Origin: an uncultured Candidatus Rokubacteria bacterium
GTDB lineage: Bacteria; Methylomirabilota; Methylomirabilia; Rokubacteriales; DASRDR01
Assembly: GCA_963805625.1 (NCBI GenBank)
Contig: CAWDVE010000019.1
Location: 416,001-480,000 of the forward strand
Reading direction: 5' to 3'
DNA length: 64,000 nucleotides
This document shows, piece by piece, positions 1 to 9,070 of the stretch. The notes under the pieces are model-generated. The model saw nothing but the letters and a program-made list of their open reading frames with translations. It was not told the origin of the DNA and searched no databases. The position numbers were made by a program, and so were the translations under genes. Numbering within the stretch: position 1 is the first letter of the stretch; the number at the start of each line of letters is the position of its first letter.

Positions 1-53
1 ACGACCGACAGCAGGATCGTCCGTGAGTGCAGGTCAGCGGAAAGGAGCCTCGA

Positions 54-572
54 ATGGCCAGCGCAGGACGTCTCTCGGCCAATCCCGCCCCCGCAGTCTC
101 CGCGCCCCCGCGTGTGGGCGATGCGTACCAGCCTCGGCCGGTTCGGTTCATCCGGCTGGAACGGAGAGGGAACTGGCGGGTGAAGGTCTACGGCATCGCC
201 ACTCCCGGCCGGACGCCGCGGGCGGAGTTCGTGGCCGCCGCGGTGGACCTGGCCCCTGTCGCCCTTCCCGAGCCGGCGGTGAGCGACGAGCGCTACGGCG
301 TGGGCATCGTGGTTGCGCACGACTCGGCGACGTGCTGCTTCGCGCTCCTCTACTGGTGGCAGTCGGCCAACGAGCTGCACCAGCGCGTCTACGCAGCCCC
401 GCTCGACGACCCACGCGCGCTGACCAAGCTCCCGAACCCCGCAGCAGGCTGCGTGTGGGAGCTGAGCGTCATCGATTTCGAGCGGCGGGCCTGGATCGAA
501 GACGTGCTGGCGAATCCAAACGGCCCCGACATCGATCGCTACCTGACCCGCCGGTTCAACGCCGACGTGTAG
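54..572 (+). CDS. Conserved hypothetical protein (CVWEL-x5-ER-x-AW family)
   Basis: GGAG RBS before ATG 54; motifs VKVYGI, LYWWQSANELH, GCVWELSVIDFERRAW; followed by a terminator. Confidence 0.75.
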   Translation: MASAGRLSANPAPAVSAPPRVGDAYQPRPVRFIRLERRGNWRVKVYGIATPGRTPRAEFVAAAVDLAPVALPEPAVSDERYGVGIVVAHDSATCCFALLYWWQSANELHQRVYAAPLDDPRALTKLPNPAAGCVWELSVIDFERRAWIEDVLANPNGPDIDRYLTRRFNADV

Positions 573-597
573 GCCAGAGGCCGTCGAACGTTCGAGG

Positions 598-622
598 AGG
601 GAGCCTCGAGGCTCCCTTTCTT
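598..622 (+). terminator. Intrinsic terminator hairpin
   Basis: Perfect 20-bp palindrome AGGGAGCCTCGAGGCTCCCT followed by TTCTT, between convergent genes. Confidence 0.65.
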
Positions 623-804
623 ACGCGAAACGCGGGGCCGCGGCCCGGTTGTCGGGCGCCGCTTGCTGCCCTGCAGCCAGGCACCGCGCTCGCCACGAGC
701 GCCTCTGGGTCCGCCGCTAGTTGGCCTGAAGGTTCTTGGCCTTCGGGCGCAGGATGCGCGCGACCGATGTCACCCGCGAGCGGTCAGGCCTGGGCTCCCC
801 CCCA

Positions 805-1644
805 TCACCCACCCGACATGGAGCCGGAGACGAGACCGTGGGTCAAATGGCGGCGGAACACGTAGTAGAAGATGACCGGGGGGATGGAGTACACCGTCGA
901 CACCGCCATCAGAAGGTTCCACGGGGCGTCGTCACCCGTCAAGAACGTCCCCATCGAGATTGGCAGGGTGAACATGTTCTCGCTCTGGAGGAACAGGACC
1001 GCGTAGAGGTACTCGTTCCAGGCGAAGAAGAAGGCGTAGGTGCCGACGGCGATCAGGGTCGGCAGGACGAGCGGCAAGTAGATCCGGTAGAAGATCGTGA
1101 ACACGCCGGCGCCGTCGATGGCGGCGGACTCGTCGATCTCGGGCGGGATGGTCTTCGAGTAGTCCCAGAGCACCCAGAGTGCATAGGGTGAGGCGAATGT
1201 GGTCATCGCCGCGATCAGAGCCCAGTAGGTGTCGAGCAGGTCGTAGTCGCCCATGATCTTGAAGAAGGGAATCGAGAGGAACGAGGCCGGGATGATATAG
1301 GTGAACAGCGTCATCCCGGAGACGAATCGTCCCCCACCGAATCGGATCCGGCCGAGGGCGAAGCTTCCGAGCGAGGCGACGCCCAGGACGATCACCATCG
1401 TCACCGCCGCCACCACGACGCTATTACCCATCCAGCGCCAGAAGAACTTCACGAACGGGCTTTCCTGGAAGACGATGTACTTGTACGATGCCAGCGTCGG
1501 GTTCCTGACGAAGTACTCTGGCCGGAAGAGCTCGGTCGTCGGCGTGAACGACAGCGTGAGCATGTAGTAGATGGGAAAGAGCGTCCACACCGTCACCGCG
1601 GTCAGAATGATCCACCGGCCCAGGCGGAGGACGATCGGGCTCAT
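805..1644 (-). CDS. Carbohydrate (CUT1) ABC permease, MalG-like
   Basis: Starts MSPIVLRLG; EAA loop EIDESAAIDGAG; AWNEYL; ATGA overlap with upstream permease. Confidence 0.92.
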   Translation of the reverse strand: MSPIVLRLGRWIILTAVTVWTLFPIYYMLTLSFTPTTELFRPEYFVRNPTLASYKYIVFQESPFVKFFWRWMGNSVVVAAVTMVIVLGVASLGSFALGRIRFGGGRFVSGMTLFTYIIPASFLSIPFFKIMGDYDLLDTYWALIAAMTTFASPYALWVLWDYSKTIPPEIDESAAIDGAGVFTIFYRIYLPLVLPTLIAVGTYAFFFAWNEYLYAVLFLQSENMFTLPISMGTFLTGDDAPWNLLMAVSTVYSIPPVIFYYVFRRHLTHGLVSGSMSGG

Positions 1645-2543
1645 CGGATCTTCTTGATCAGGATGAAGATGAAGAGGAGCGTGACGGGCAGGGCGGTGGC
1701 GAACACTCCCATCCCCCAGTCGATCTTGCCCATCAGGAACGTGTAGCGGTAGGCGAGCGTCGCCAAGACGTGGGTCGAGTCTCCAGGGGCGCCGCCGGTG
1801 AGGAGCCACACGTTGGTGAAGTCGCCGAGGGTGAACACCATCGAGAGCAGCGAGCAGATGAGGTAGATGCCCTTCAACATCGGGAAGGTGATCGACGTGA
1901 ACCTCTGAAGACCGCCGGCTCCGTCGATCGAGGCGGCCTCGTACAGCTCCCGGGGGATCCCGCGCCGGGCCGCGAGGAGGATGACGGTCCAGAAGGGCAA
2001 GTATTTCCAGATGTGGAAGACGATCAGCGCGCTGATCGCCATCCACCGCGACGCCAGCCAGTGGACGGCTCCGAAGCCGAGGTCCTCCACGATGAGGTTC
2101 ATGATCCCCCACTGGGACGAGAGCATCCAGCGGATGGACAGGATGCCGGGCAGGACGGGGATCGCCCACGGGAGGAGGAAGATCGCCGAGATGAACCGCG
2201 TGCCGCGGTTGTCGGCCTGGAGGAGACCCGAGAGGAGGAGGGCGAGAAACATCTTCAGATTGACGGCGATGCCGACGTACACGACCGTGTTGACGACGGT
2301 TTGGACGAAGACCGGGTCCGAGAAGAGGACCTCGTAGGTGTACGGGTCCAAGGCCTGGGTGACCACGAAGTAGAGCGGGTAGACGACGAATGCCAGGAAG
2401 AGCGCGATGAGGGGCAGGGAGAACAGGTACCCGTAGAGGTTCCGGCGGTTCGGCGCGAGCGCTCCCCCCGCCGCCGAGACCGACCGGCTCCACAAGCCGG
2501 TGATCCCGTTCGCCATCCCCGCCCGCGCCGCCTCGTTAGCCAC
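1641..2543 (-). CDS. Carbohydrate (CUT1) ABC permease, MalF-like
   Basis: ELYEAASIDGAG, LTGGAPG; GTG start with GGAGG RBS (alternative ATG 2516). Confidence 0.9.
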   Translation of the reverse strand: MANEAARAGMANGITGLWSRSVSAAGGALAPNRRNLYGYLFSLPLIALFLAFVVYPLYFVVTQALDPYTYEVLFSDPVFVQTVVNTVVYVGIAVNLKMFLALLLSGLLQADNRGTRFISAIFLLPWAIPVLPGILSIRWMLSSQWGIMNLIVEDLGFGAVHWLASRWMAISALIVFHIWKYLPFWTVILLAARRGIPRELYEAASIDGAGGLQRFTSITFPMLKGIYLICSLLSMVFTLGDFTNVWLLTGGAPGDSTHVLATLAYRYTFLMGKIDWGMGVFATALPVTLLFIFILIKKIR

Positions 2544-2565
2544 GCTCGCCTCCGGAAGAGGCCCG

Positions 2566-2598
2566 CGGCCGGGACGGGCTACAGCCCCGTCCCGGCCG
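2566..2598 (-). promoter_or_regulatory. Intercistronic stem-loop after the binding-protein gene
   Basis: 13-bp stem CGGCCGGGACGGG/CCCGTCCCGGCCG with no U tract. Confidence 0.5.
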
Positions 2599-2630
2599 GG
2601 CATACGGCGCAATGCTCTTGTCCGAGTGCC

Positions 2631-4043
2631 TTACCGCCACTGCGTGAAGATGGTCTTCATCCGGTTGATGGCCTCGTCGGCGGCGCGGTCGGCAGGCCAC
2701 TTGTCCACGTTGGTCCGGGACATCGCCTTGCCCCAAATGTTCTCCGCGTAGACCTGAGAGTTGGCCGGACTCTTCCAGTGGTCGAAGACCTTGACGTTCC
2801 GCTCCGTGTAGAGCTTGGTCGCGAGCGGGATGTGGTAGTCCACCGCGCCACCCTTCCCGGCCTGCCCCTTGGCGAAGAACGGGTCCTTCGCGACGTCGGT
2901 GAACGCCGGGAACCAGCGGCCGTTCGCGCCCTTGATGTACTCGGAGAAGCGGTTCGGCTCGAGCACGAAGCGGATGAACTCCTTGCCGAGGTCGGGAGCC
3001 TTGGCGTCCTTGGGGACGAGGATCGTCTTGACCGCGACCATGTAGCTCGCCTTGCCGCCCCCCGGGTTGTCGGGCCACTCCACGGTCGCCATGTTGTTGA
3101 AGTACTGCTCCGGGCCGTTGAAGAACCAATGGGCCGGGATGGAGAGCGACGGATTCGGCGTCATCACGATCGACTTCGAGTGGAAGTTCGCGTTGTTGTC
3201 GCCGTCCGCCCAGTTGATGGCATCGGGCGGGACGTAGCCCGAGTTGTACATTTCGCCGAACCAGGCCAGCGTCTTGACGATCGCCTCGCGGTTCTTGGGC
3301 TGGTCGGCGATGACCTTGCCGTCGTTGTCGAGGAGCTGGCCCCCGAACGAGAGGAGCGCCATCTCGAAGTTGTAGATCGTGTCCGATCCGCGGCTCGACT
3401 CGGTCATGCCGATGCCGAAGAGCTTGCCGTACTTCGCGGGGTCCTTCTTCCGGAGGGCGTCCTGCGCCTTCTTCCAGAAGTCCCAGTACTCCTCCCACTT
3501 GAGCGGGATCTTATCGGGCGCGTCCGGCATGCCCGCCTCCTTAAGGAGGTCTCGCCAGTAGTGGATGTGCATGATCTGGGCCTCGATCGGCACCCCGTAA
3601 TACGCCCGCTTCTTGGCCACGTTGTTCCAGCAGTACGCGACCTGGAGGAACTTCTCGTTGTAGCGCGGCCTGAGCTCCTCGATGACGTCGGTTGTCTCGG
3701 TCAGCTTGTCGGTCCAGGCGTTGTTGGGCATGATCTCCCAGTCGTTGTAGAAGCAGAAGGCGACGTCGGGGACGCGCCGCGCCTGGATGGCCGCGATGAT
3801 CTTCTTGAGCAGATCTTCCTGAATGGTGAAGGAGATGTCGACCTTGACCCCCTTCGCCTTCTCGAAGTCCTGGGCGATCTTGATCATCGCCTCGTCTTCT
3901 TCCTTGTAGTAGCCGCGGTTCCACCAGACCACCACGGTCTTGGCCTGGGCGCGCGACACCATCGGGAAGCCGACCGACCCGGACAGGGTCCCGGCGCCGG
4001 CGACAGCGGTGGTCTTGAGGAAATCTCGACGGGACTGCGCCAT
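2631..4043 (-). CDS. ABC extracellular solute-binding protein (family 1), Tat-exported
   Basis: Tat motif MAQSRRDFLK; GGAGGAGG RBS; HYWRDLLKEAG, NWADGDNN. Confidence 0.92.
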   Translation of the reverse strand: MAQSRRDFLKTTAVAGAGTLSGSVGFPMVSRAQAKTVVVWWNRGYYKEEDEAMIKIAQDFEKAKGVKVDISFTIQEDLLKKIIAAIQARRVPDVAFCFYNDWEIMPNNAWTDKLTETTDVIEELRPRYNEKFLQVAYCWNNVAKKRAYYGVPIEAQIMHIHYWRDLLKEAGMPDAPDKIPLKWEEYWDFWKKAQDALRKKDPAKYGKLFGIGMTESSRGSDTIYNFEMALLSFGGQLLDNDGKVIADQPKNREAIVKTLAWFGEMYNSGYVPPDAINWADGDNNANFHSKSIVMTPNPSLSIPAHWFFNGPEQYFNNMATVEWPDNPGGGKASYMVAVKTILVPKDAKAPDLGKEFIRFVLEPNRFSEYIKGANGRWFPAFTDVAKDPFFAKGQAGKGGAVDYHIPLATKLYTERNVKVFDHWKSPANSQVYAENIWGKAMSRTNVDKWPADRAADEAINRMKTIFTQWR

Positions 4044-4118
4044 CTGGTGCCTCCTCCGTTCAGAGTTCGCTCGTGGGTCGGCCGGCCCCGGACATGCGGA
4101 CAGCCCGGAGTTGCCTCT

Positions 4119-4147
4119 CATATACTCCAAGCGGCCGCGGCTCGCAA
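4119..4147 (-). promoter_or_regulatory. Putative sigma-70 promoter of the sugar ABC operon
   Basis: TTGCGA-N17-TATATG on the minus strand. Confidence 0.5.
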
Positions 4148-4304
4148 GACCCGACGAGACGTCGATGGGCCGTGTTTCCGCGAGAGGGTGCGGCGCGATC
4201 TTCCGCGATCTTCCAAGGAAGACGGAGTGCCGTCCGCGGAGACCGGGGTCGGCGATCGCGTCTGGTCAGCCGAGGGCATCGCCGGCCTGGCGAACTGACA
4301 CCGA

Positions 4305-4700
4305 ATGGGGCTCGCGGAGTGGCGGACAGAGGCGAGGCGACTCAAGCGCGAGGTGTATGCCCTGTACCTCGCGTGCCAGGACCCTCGCGTCCCTTGGTAC
4401 GCAAAAGCCGTTGCGGCTGGGGTCGTGGCCTACGCTTTCAGCCCGATCGATCTGATCCCGGACTTCATCCCGGTCCTCGGGTACTTGGACGAGCTCGTTG
4501 TGCTCCCTCTTGGCGTGTTGCTCGTCCGCCGGATGATACCTGAGGCTGTCATGACGGAATGCCGCCTACGGGCCGAGGCCGCGTTCTCCCACGGAAAGCC
4601 GGTCAGCCGGGTGGGCGCGGCCATCGTCGTAGGGCTCTGGTTGATCCTGGCCGTCGTCGGCGTCGTCTTGGCGGGGAGGCTCCTTTGGCCGGCAAGCTGA
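4305..4700 (+). CDS. YkvA/DUF1232 membrane protein
   Basis: YAFSPIDLIPDFIPVLGYLDE signature. Confidence 0.9.
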   Translation: MGLAEWRTEARRLKREVYALYLACQDPRVPWYAKAVAAGVVAYAFSPIDLIPDFIPVLGYLDELVVLPLGVLLVRRMIPEAVMTECRLRAEAAFSHGKPVSRVGAAIVVGLWLILAVVGVVLAGRLLWPAS

Positions 4701-4794
4701 CGCACGACCCGAATCGCCATCACGGTCTGGCGAAGTCCCGGCGGGCCGTGCGAGAATCACCCGCTGGCACCCGCCGGCAGCGGGCGGAGCACGC

Positions 4795-5346
4795 ATGACG
4801 AACGGCTCGACGAGGAGCGAGGGGCGCGACGCGCCCGCTGGAGTGAATCACCGCGACGCGGGTGTCGCGGGGACGCTGGTTCTTCTCGGACTCGTGGTGG
4901 TCGGGCTGGCGCTTCAGGTCGAGCCCGGCGTGCAGACAGATCCGCTCGGACCGCGTATATTCCCCCTCGCCCTCGGCGCCGCCATCGCCCTGTGCGGGCT
5001 GCTGCTCGGCGTCTCCGCCCTGCTCGGTGACCGGTGGACGGCATCGGCCGCGATGTTCGTCGAGTCCGCCGACGACGACGCCAGCGAGGGCGAATTGCTC
5101 TCGCCATGGCGTCTCGTCGGGGCCATCGGCGCGACCGCGGCGTATCTCGTGGCCTTCGAGCGCCTGGGATACGTCCTTGCCACAGCGGGATACGTGGTGG
5201 CGATCCTGCTGCTGCAGCCTGGTGTCCGCGCGCGCGCGCTCCTGATGGCGCCCGTGCTCGTCACGGTGGCCCTCTACACCGCGTTTCGGTTCGGCCTGCT
5301 CATCCCGGTTCCGGACGGCATTCTCGAGCCGTGGTTGCCCTGGTGA
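4795..5346 (+). CDS. tctB: Tripartite tricarboxylate transporter small subunit
   Basis: DPLGPRIFP motif, 4 TM segments, upstream of tctA. Confidence 0.85.
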   Translation: MTNGSTRSEGRDAPAGVNHRDAGVAGTLVLLGLVVVGLALQVEPGVQTDPLGPRIFPLALGAAIALCGLLLGVSALLGDRWTASAAMFVESADDDASEGELLSPWRLVGAIGATAAYLVAFERLGYVLATAGYVVAILLLQPGVRARALLMAPVLVTVALYTAFRFGLLIPVPDGILEPWLPW

Positions 5347-5356
5347 GCGCGAGCCG

Positions 5357-6871
5357 GTGAGCCTCCTCGACGGCCTGGCCGGCGGCTTCGCGAGCGCGCT
5401 GGAGGGGCCGCGCATCGTCGCCATGGTTGGCGGTGTCGCGTGGGGAATCATCGGCGGCGCCATTCCGGGGATCAGCGGCGCCGTCGCCATGGCTCTCGCG
5501 CTCCCGTTCAGCTTCGCCATGGACGCCACGACTGCGCTCGTGATGCTTGCCGGCGTGTGGGCCGGCGCGAACTACGGGGGCTCGATCCCGGCCATTCTGA
5601 TGCGGATCCCGGGCACGCCGGCATCCGCCGCATGCCTGATGGACGGATACGAGCTGACGCGGCAGGGCAAGGCGGCGAAGGCGCTCGGGGTCTCGCTCGT
5701 CTGCGGAACCATCGGGGGCCTGATCAGCATCGTCGTGCTGATCGCGATGGTCTTGCCGCTGGGAGAGGTGGTGCTGCAGTTCGGTTCGCCCGAGACGTTC
5801 GCCCTCGCGCTGTTCGCCCTCACCCTTCTCGCCGGGCTGGCCGAGGCGAGCTTCCTGAAGGGTCTCGCCTCGGGCTTCGTCGGCCTGCTCCTCACCACCG
5901 TCGGCCTCGACACGCTCACCGGCTCGCTGCGCTTCACGTTCGGCCGGACCGAGCTCATGACCGGAATCGACGTCGTGGCCGCGATGGTCGGCCTCTTCGC
6001 CATCACCGAGATGTTCTACCGGATCGCCCACCCGGGCGAGAGCGCGGTGGTCATGACCGATCGCGCACACACCGCGTTCCCGACGCTGCGGGAGCTGCGT
6101 GAGCTCTGGCCCGCGACTCTGATCGGCACGATCGTCGGGCTGATTGTCGGAGTCATGCCGGGCGCGGGGGCGACCGCCTCCTCGTTCGTCGCGTACAACG
6201 AGGCCCGCCGCTGGTCGAAGCGACCCGACCTGTTCGGGAAGGGCTCGATGGAAGGGGTGGCCGCGCCCGAGACGGCGAACAACGCGGTCCAGGGCGGGGA
6301 CCTCGTGCCGACCCTCGCGCTCGGGATTCCGGGCTCGAACTCGGCCGCGATCATGCTGGCGGCGCTGATCCTGCACGGGATCCAGCCCGGTCCCTTCTTG
6401 CTCTCGAAGCACCCGCAGCTCGTCTACACGCTGTTTGCCGGGCTGCTCATCGTCAACCTGCTCATGATCCCGGTGGGCCTGGTGATCCTGAGGCTGTGCC
6501 TTCTCGCGCTTCGCCTGGCGACGCCGGTACTCGTGTCGGCGGTCCTGGCCCTCTGCATCATCGGCACCTACGCCGCCGAGATCCACATCGTCAACCCGTG
6601 GACCGCGCTTGCCTTCGGGGTTCTGGGCTGCGGGATGCGGGCCTACGGGTTCTCGCCGGCGGCGATGGTCCTCGGCATGGTCCTCGGGGTCATGGCGGAG
6701 AGCGAGCTCCGACGGTCGCTGATCATCTCTCACGGGAGCTGGGGAATCTTCGTCACCCGACCGATCACGGCGACGCTGCTGTTTCTCACCGTGGCCGTGC
6801 TGGTGTACCCGCTGATCCTTGGCGCCCTGCGCCGCAGACGTGCGGGTCGCGCATCGGCCGTAACGGCTTAA
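5357..6871 (+). CDS. tctA: Tripartite tricarboxylate transporter large permease
   Basis: GGSIPAIL..PGTP, APETANNA, PTLALGIPG, GIQPGP motifs. Confidence 0.95.
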   Translation: MSLLDGLAGGFASALEGPRIVAMVGGVAWGIIGGAIPGISGAVAMALALPFSFAMDATTALVMLAGVWAGANYGGSIPAILMRIPGTPASAACLMDGYELTRQGKAAKALGVSLVCGTIGGLISIVVLIAMVLPLGEVVLQFGSPETFALALFALTLLAGLAEASFLKGLASGFVGLLLTTVGLDTLTGSLRFTFGRTELMTGIDVVAAMVGLFAITEMFYRIAHPGESAVVMTDRAHTAFPTLRELRELWPATLIGTIVGLIVGVMPGAGATASSFVAYNEARRWSKRPDLFGKGSMEGVAAPETANNAVQGGDLVPTLALGIPGSNSAAIMLAALILHGIQPGPFLLSKHPQLVYTLFAGLLIVNLLMIPVGLVILRLCLLALRLATPVLVSAVLALCIIGTYAAEIHIVNPWTALAFGVLGCGMRAYGFSPAAMVLGMVLGVMAESELRRSLIISHGSWGIFVTRPITATLLFLTVAVLVYPLILGALRRRRAGRASAVTA

Positions 6872-6900
6872 TCCGACGACGAACAAAGGAGGCGAGGCAC

Positions 6901-7896
6901 ATGGGGAAGCGATCGACCCTGGGCATCCTGGCGGGCGTGGTGCTCGCCGTGACGATGGCTGGTGGGACTGGTGGACCGTGGTCCGCCTCGGCGCAGCCGG
7001 GAGTGTTTCCGACGCGTCCGATCACGTTCGTCGTGGGCTTCGCGCCCGGCGGCGGCGCCGACGTCTTCGCCCGCGCCCTCGCCGAGGCGTCCCGGACCAT
7101 CCTGCCACAGGCGCTCGCGGTGGAGAACCGGCCGGGCGCGGGCGGGACCGCCGCCGGCGCGTACGCCGCCGGCCGGCCAGCCGACGGCCACACCATCCTC
7201 TTTGCCCACGCCGGCTCGTCCATCATCACCCCCACGATCACGAACCAGCTGCAGCTCAAGTGGGACGCCTTCGAGCCCGTGGCGCGGATTCATGCCGAGG
7301 AGGAGTGGCTGTTCGGCCATCCGGACGCGCCATGGCAGACGATCGATCAGGTGACGGCTCACGCCAAGGCCAATCCGAAGCAGGTGCGGGTCGCCGGGTC
7401 CGCGATCGGCGGGATCGACAGCTTCGTGGTGCTGTCCTGGGAGAAGGCGGCCGGAATCGACGTCGAGTACATCCCCCACGAGGGCGGCGGGCCGGCCACG
7501 CTTGCCTTCCTCGGCAAGAACGCCGAGCTCCTCATCGGCAACATGTCCGAGGTCAGCCAGCACGTCGAGGCGAAGAAGATGGTGCCGCTCGCGGTGGCGA
7601 GCGAGAAGCGCAGCACCATCTTTCCGAACGTGCCCACGCTCCGGGAGAAGGGCTGGGACGTGGTGATGGTGCAGTGGCGGAGCGTGCTCGCGCCCAAGGG
7701 CACGCCGGCGCCGCGCGTGGCGTTTCTCGCCGAGGCGTTCCAGAAGGCGATGACGGCCGATTCCTGGAAGGCCTTCAACCAGAACGCCAAGGCGGTCGAC
7801 GCCTACCTCGGTCCCGCCGACTTCCGCAAGTTCCTCGTGGCGGAGGAGGACCGGTTTGTCAAGATCATCGACCAGCTCGGCCTGAGGAAGAAGTAG
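6901..7896 (+). CDS. tctC: TTT substrate-binding protein (Bug family)
   Basis: FPTRPITFVVGFAPGGGAD, ENRPGAGG, PNVPTLRE; AAGGAGG RBS. Confidence 0.93.
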   Translation: MGKRSTLGILAGVVLAVTMAGGTGGPWSASAQPGVFPTRPITFVVGFAPGGGADVFARALAEASRTILPQALAVENRPGAGGTAAGAYAAGRPADGHTILFAHAGSSIITPTITNQLQLKWDAFEPVARIHAEEEWLFGHPDAPWQTIDQVTAHAKANPKQVRVAGSAIGGIDSFVVLSWEKAAGIDVEYIPHEGGGPATLAFLGKNAELLIGNMSEVSQHVEAKKMVPLAVASEKRSTIFPNVPTLREKGWDVVMVQWRSVLAPKGTPAPRVAFLAEAFQKAMTADSWKAFNQNAKAVDAYLGPADFRKFLVAEEDRFVKIIDQLGLRKK

Positions 7897-7905
7897 AGCC
7901 GCCGC

Positions 7906-8793
7906 GTGCAGGCGACCCAGATCGGCTACGCCGCGTCATCGGGCCCGGTCGAGCGCTATTTCCCGCTGGCGCGACGGCAGTCCCTCGCCTGGCTCGAGTT
8001 CTCGTGCCAGAATCCGGTAAACTTTCCGCAGACCTTCGACCGGGCGCGGATTCGCCGCGTCCGGTCACTGATCGAGCGGTCGGGGGTCCGCTGCGGGCTC
8101 CACTCGGCCTCCTTCGTCAACACCGCCGAGATCATGCCCACCGTGCGGAAGGCCGCGGAGACCCACCTGCGGGAGTACGTCGAGCTCACCGTCGCGCTCG
8201 GCTGCGAGTATCTGGTGGTCCACTGCGGCTTTCACTTCAGCGCGTACCTGAAGACCGTGCGGGCCGCACTCTACGAGACGATGGCGCGGTGCGTCGAGTA
8301 CGGCGAGCGCCGACGGGTTCCCCTGGTTATCGAGAACATGAACCCGCTGCCCGGCGACTCCGAGTTCCAGTATCTCGGTGTGACGGTAGAGGAGTTCCGG
8401 GCGCTCTTCGACCGGATCCGCTCACCCTACCTCGGCCTCGCGCTCGACGTCGCTCACTCGGAGCTGGTTCCCGGCGGCACCGTGTCGTTCGTACGGGCCT
8501 TCGGCGAGCGCATCCACTCCGCTCAGCTCTCGGACAATCGCGGGCGCGTCGACGAGCACCTGACGATCGGCGCGGGGACGATCGACTTCCGGCGAGTCCT
8601 CGGCGCGCTCCGGCGGATCCACTTCGCGGGGCCGCTGATCATCGAGCTCTTCGACGTGCCGAAGAAGCTCCTGAGCCACCGGCGGCTGCTCGCGCTCCTG
8701 GCGGACGACGGCGGCCGGCGACCCGGCGGGACGCGGCCGTCCCGCCGCACGACGAGCCCCGAGCGCCCACGGTCGCGTGGTCGCAGGCGCTGA
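7906..8793 (+). CDS. Sugar phosphate isomerase/epimerase (xylose isomerase-like TIM barrel)
   Basis: VVHCG, IENMN, LDVAH, SDN..DEHL..G.GTIDF, IIE metal ligands. Confidence 0.85.
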   Translation: MQATQIGYAASSGPVERYFPLARRQSLAWLEFSCQNPVNFPQTFDRARIRRVRSLIERSGVRCGLHSASFVNTAEIMPTVRKAAETHLREYVELTVALGCEYLVVHCGFHFSAYLKTVRAALYETMARCVEYGERRRVPLVIENMNPLPGDSEFQYLGVTVEEFRALFDRIRSPYLGLALDVAHSELVPGGTVSFVRAFGERIHSAQLSDNRGRVDEHLTIGAGTIDFRRVLGALRRIHFAGPLIIELFDVPKKLLSHRRLLALLADDGGRRPGGTRPSRRTTSPERPRSRGRRR

Positions 8794-9070
8794 GCCGAGA
8801 GCGACTGCGGATCGACCCGCAGCTCGCGACCGACCTCGTGGGTCTTCCGTTGCCGGGCGCGGCCCGGGCGGGGCAGAAGGTCAGGTGGGCCAACCCGGTC
8901 GTCGCGCGCGGTTCCGTGAGCCGGGCGCAGCCGCCGCGCTCACCCTCATCGCGGGGGCTCTGATCGCGGGGACGATCGTCCACGGCGTCCTGCGCCTCTA
9001 CGCCGTGTAGGGACCGGGTATCTCGGCTGTTCGACGCGGCGAGGCGAGTGCGGAGACCTCCCCCGAAAGC

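Noticed and set aside
1770-4298. 842-aa plus-strand ORF and many similar long antisense or off-frame ORFs (e.g. 10693-13176, 35578-37509, 52259-53986)
   Set aside because: Shadow frames of real genes in high-GC DNA; no motifs and Arg/Pro/Gly- or antisense-biased composition
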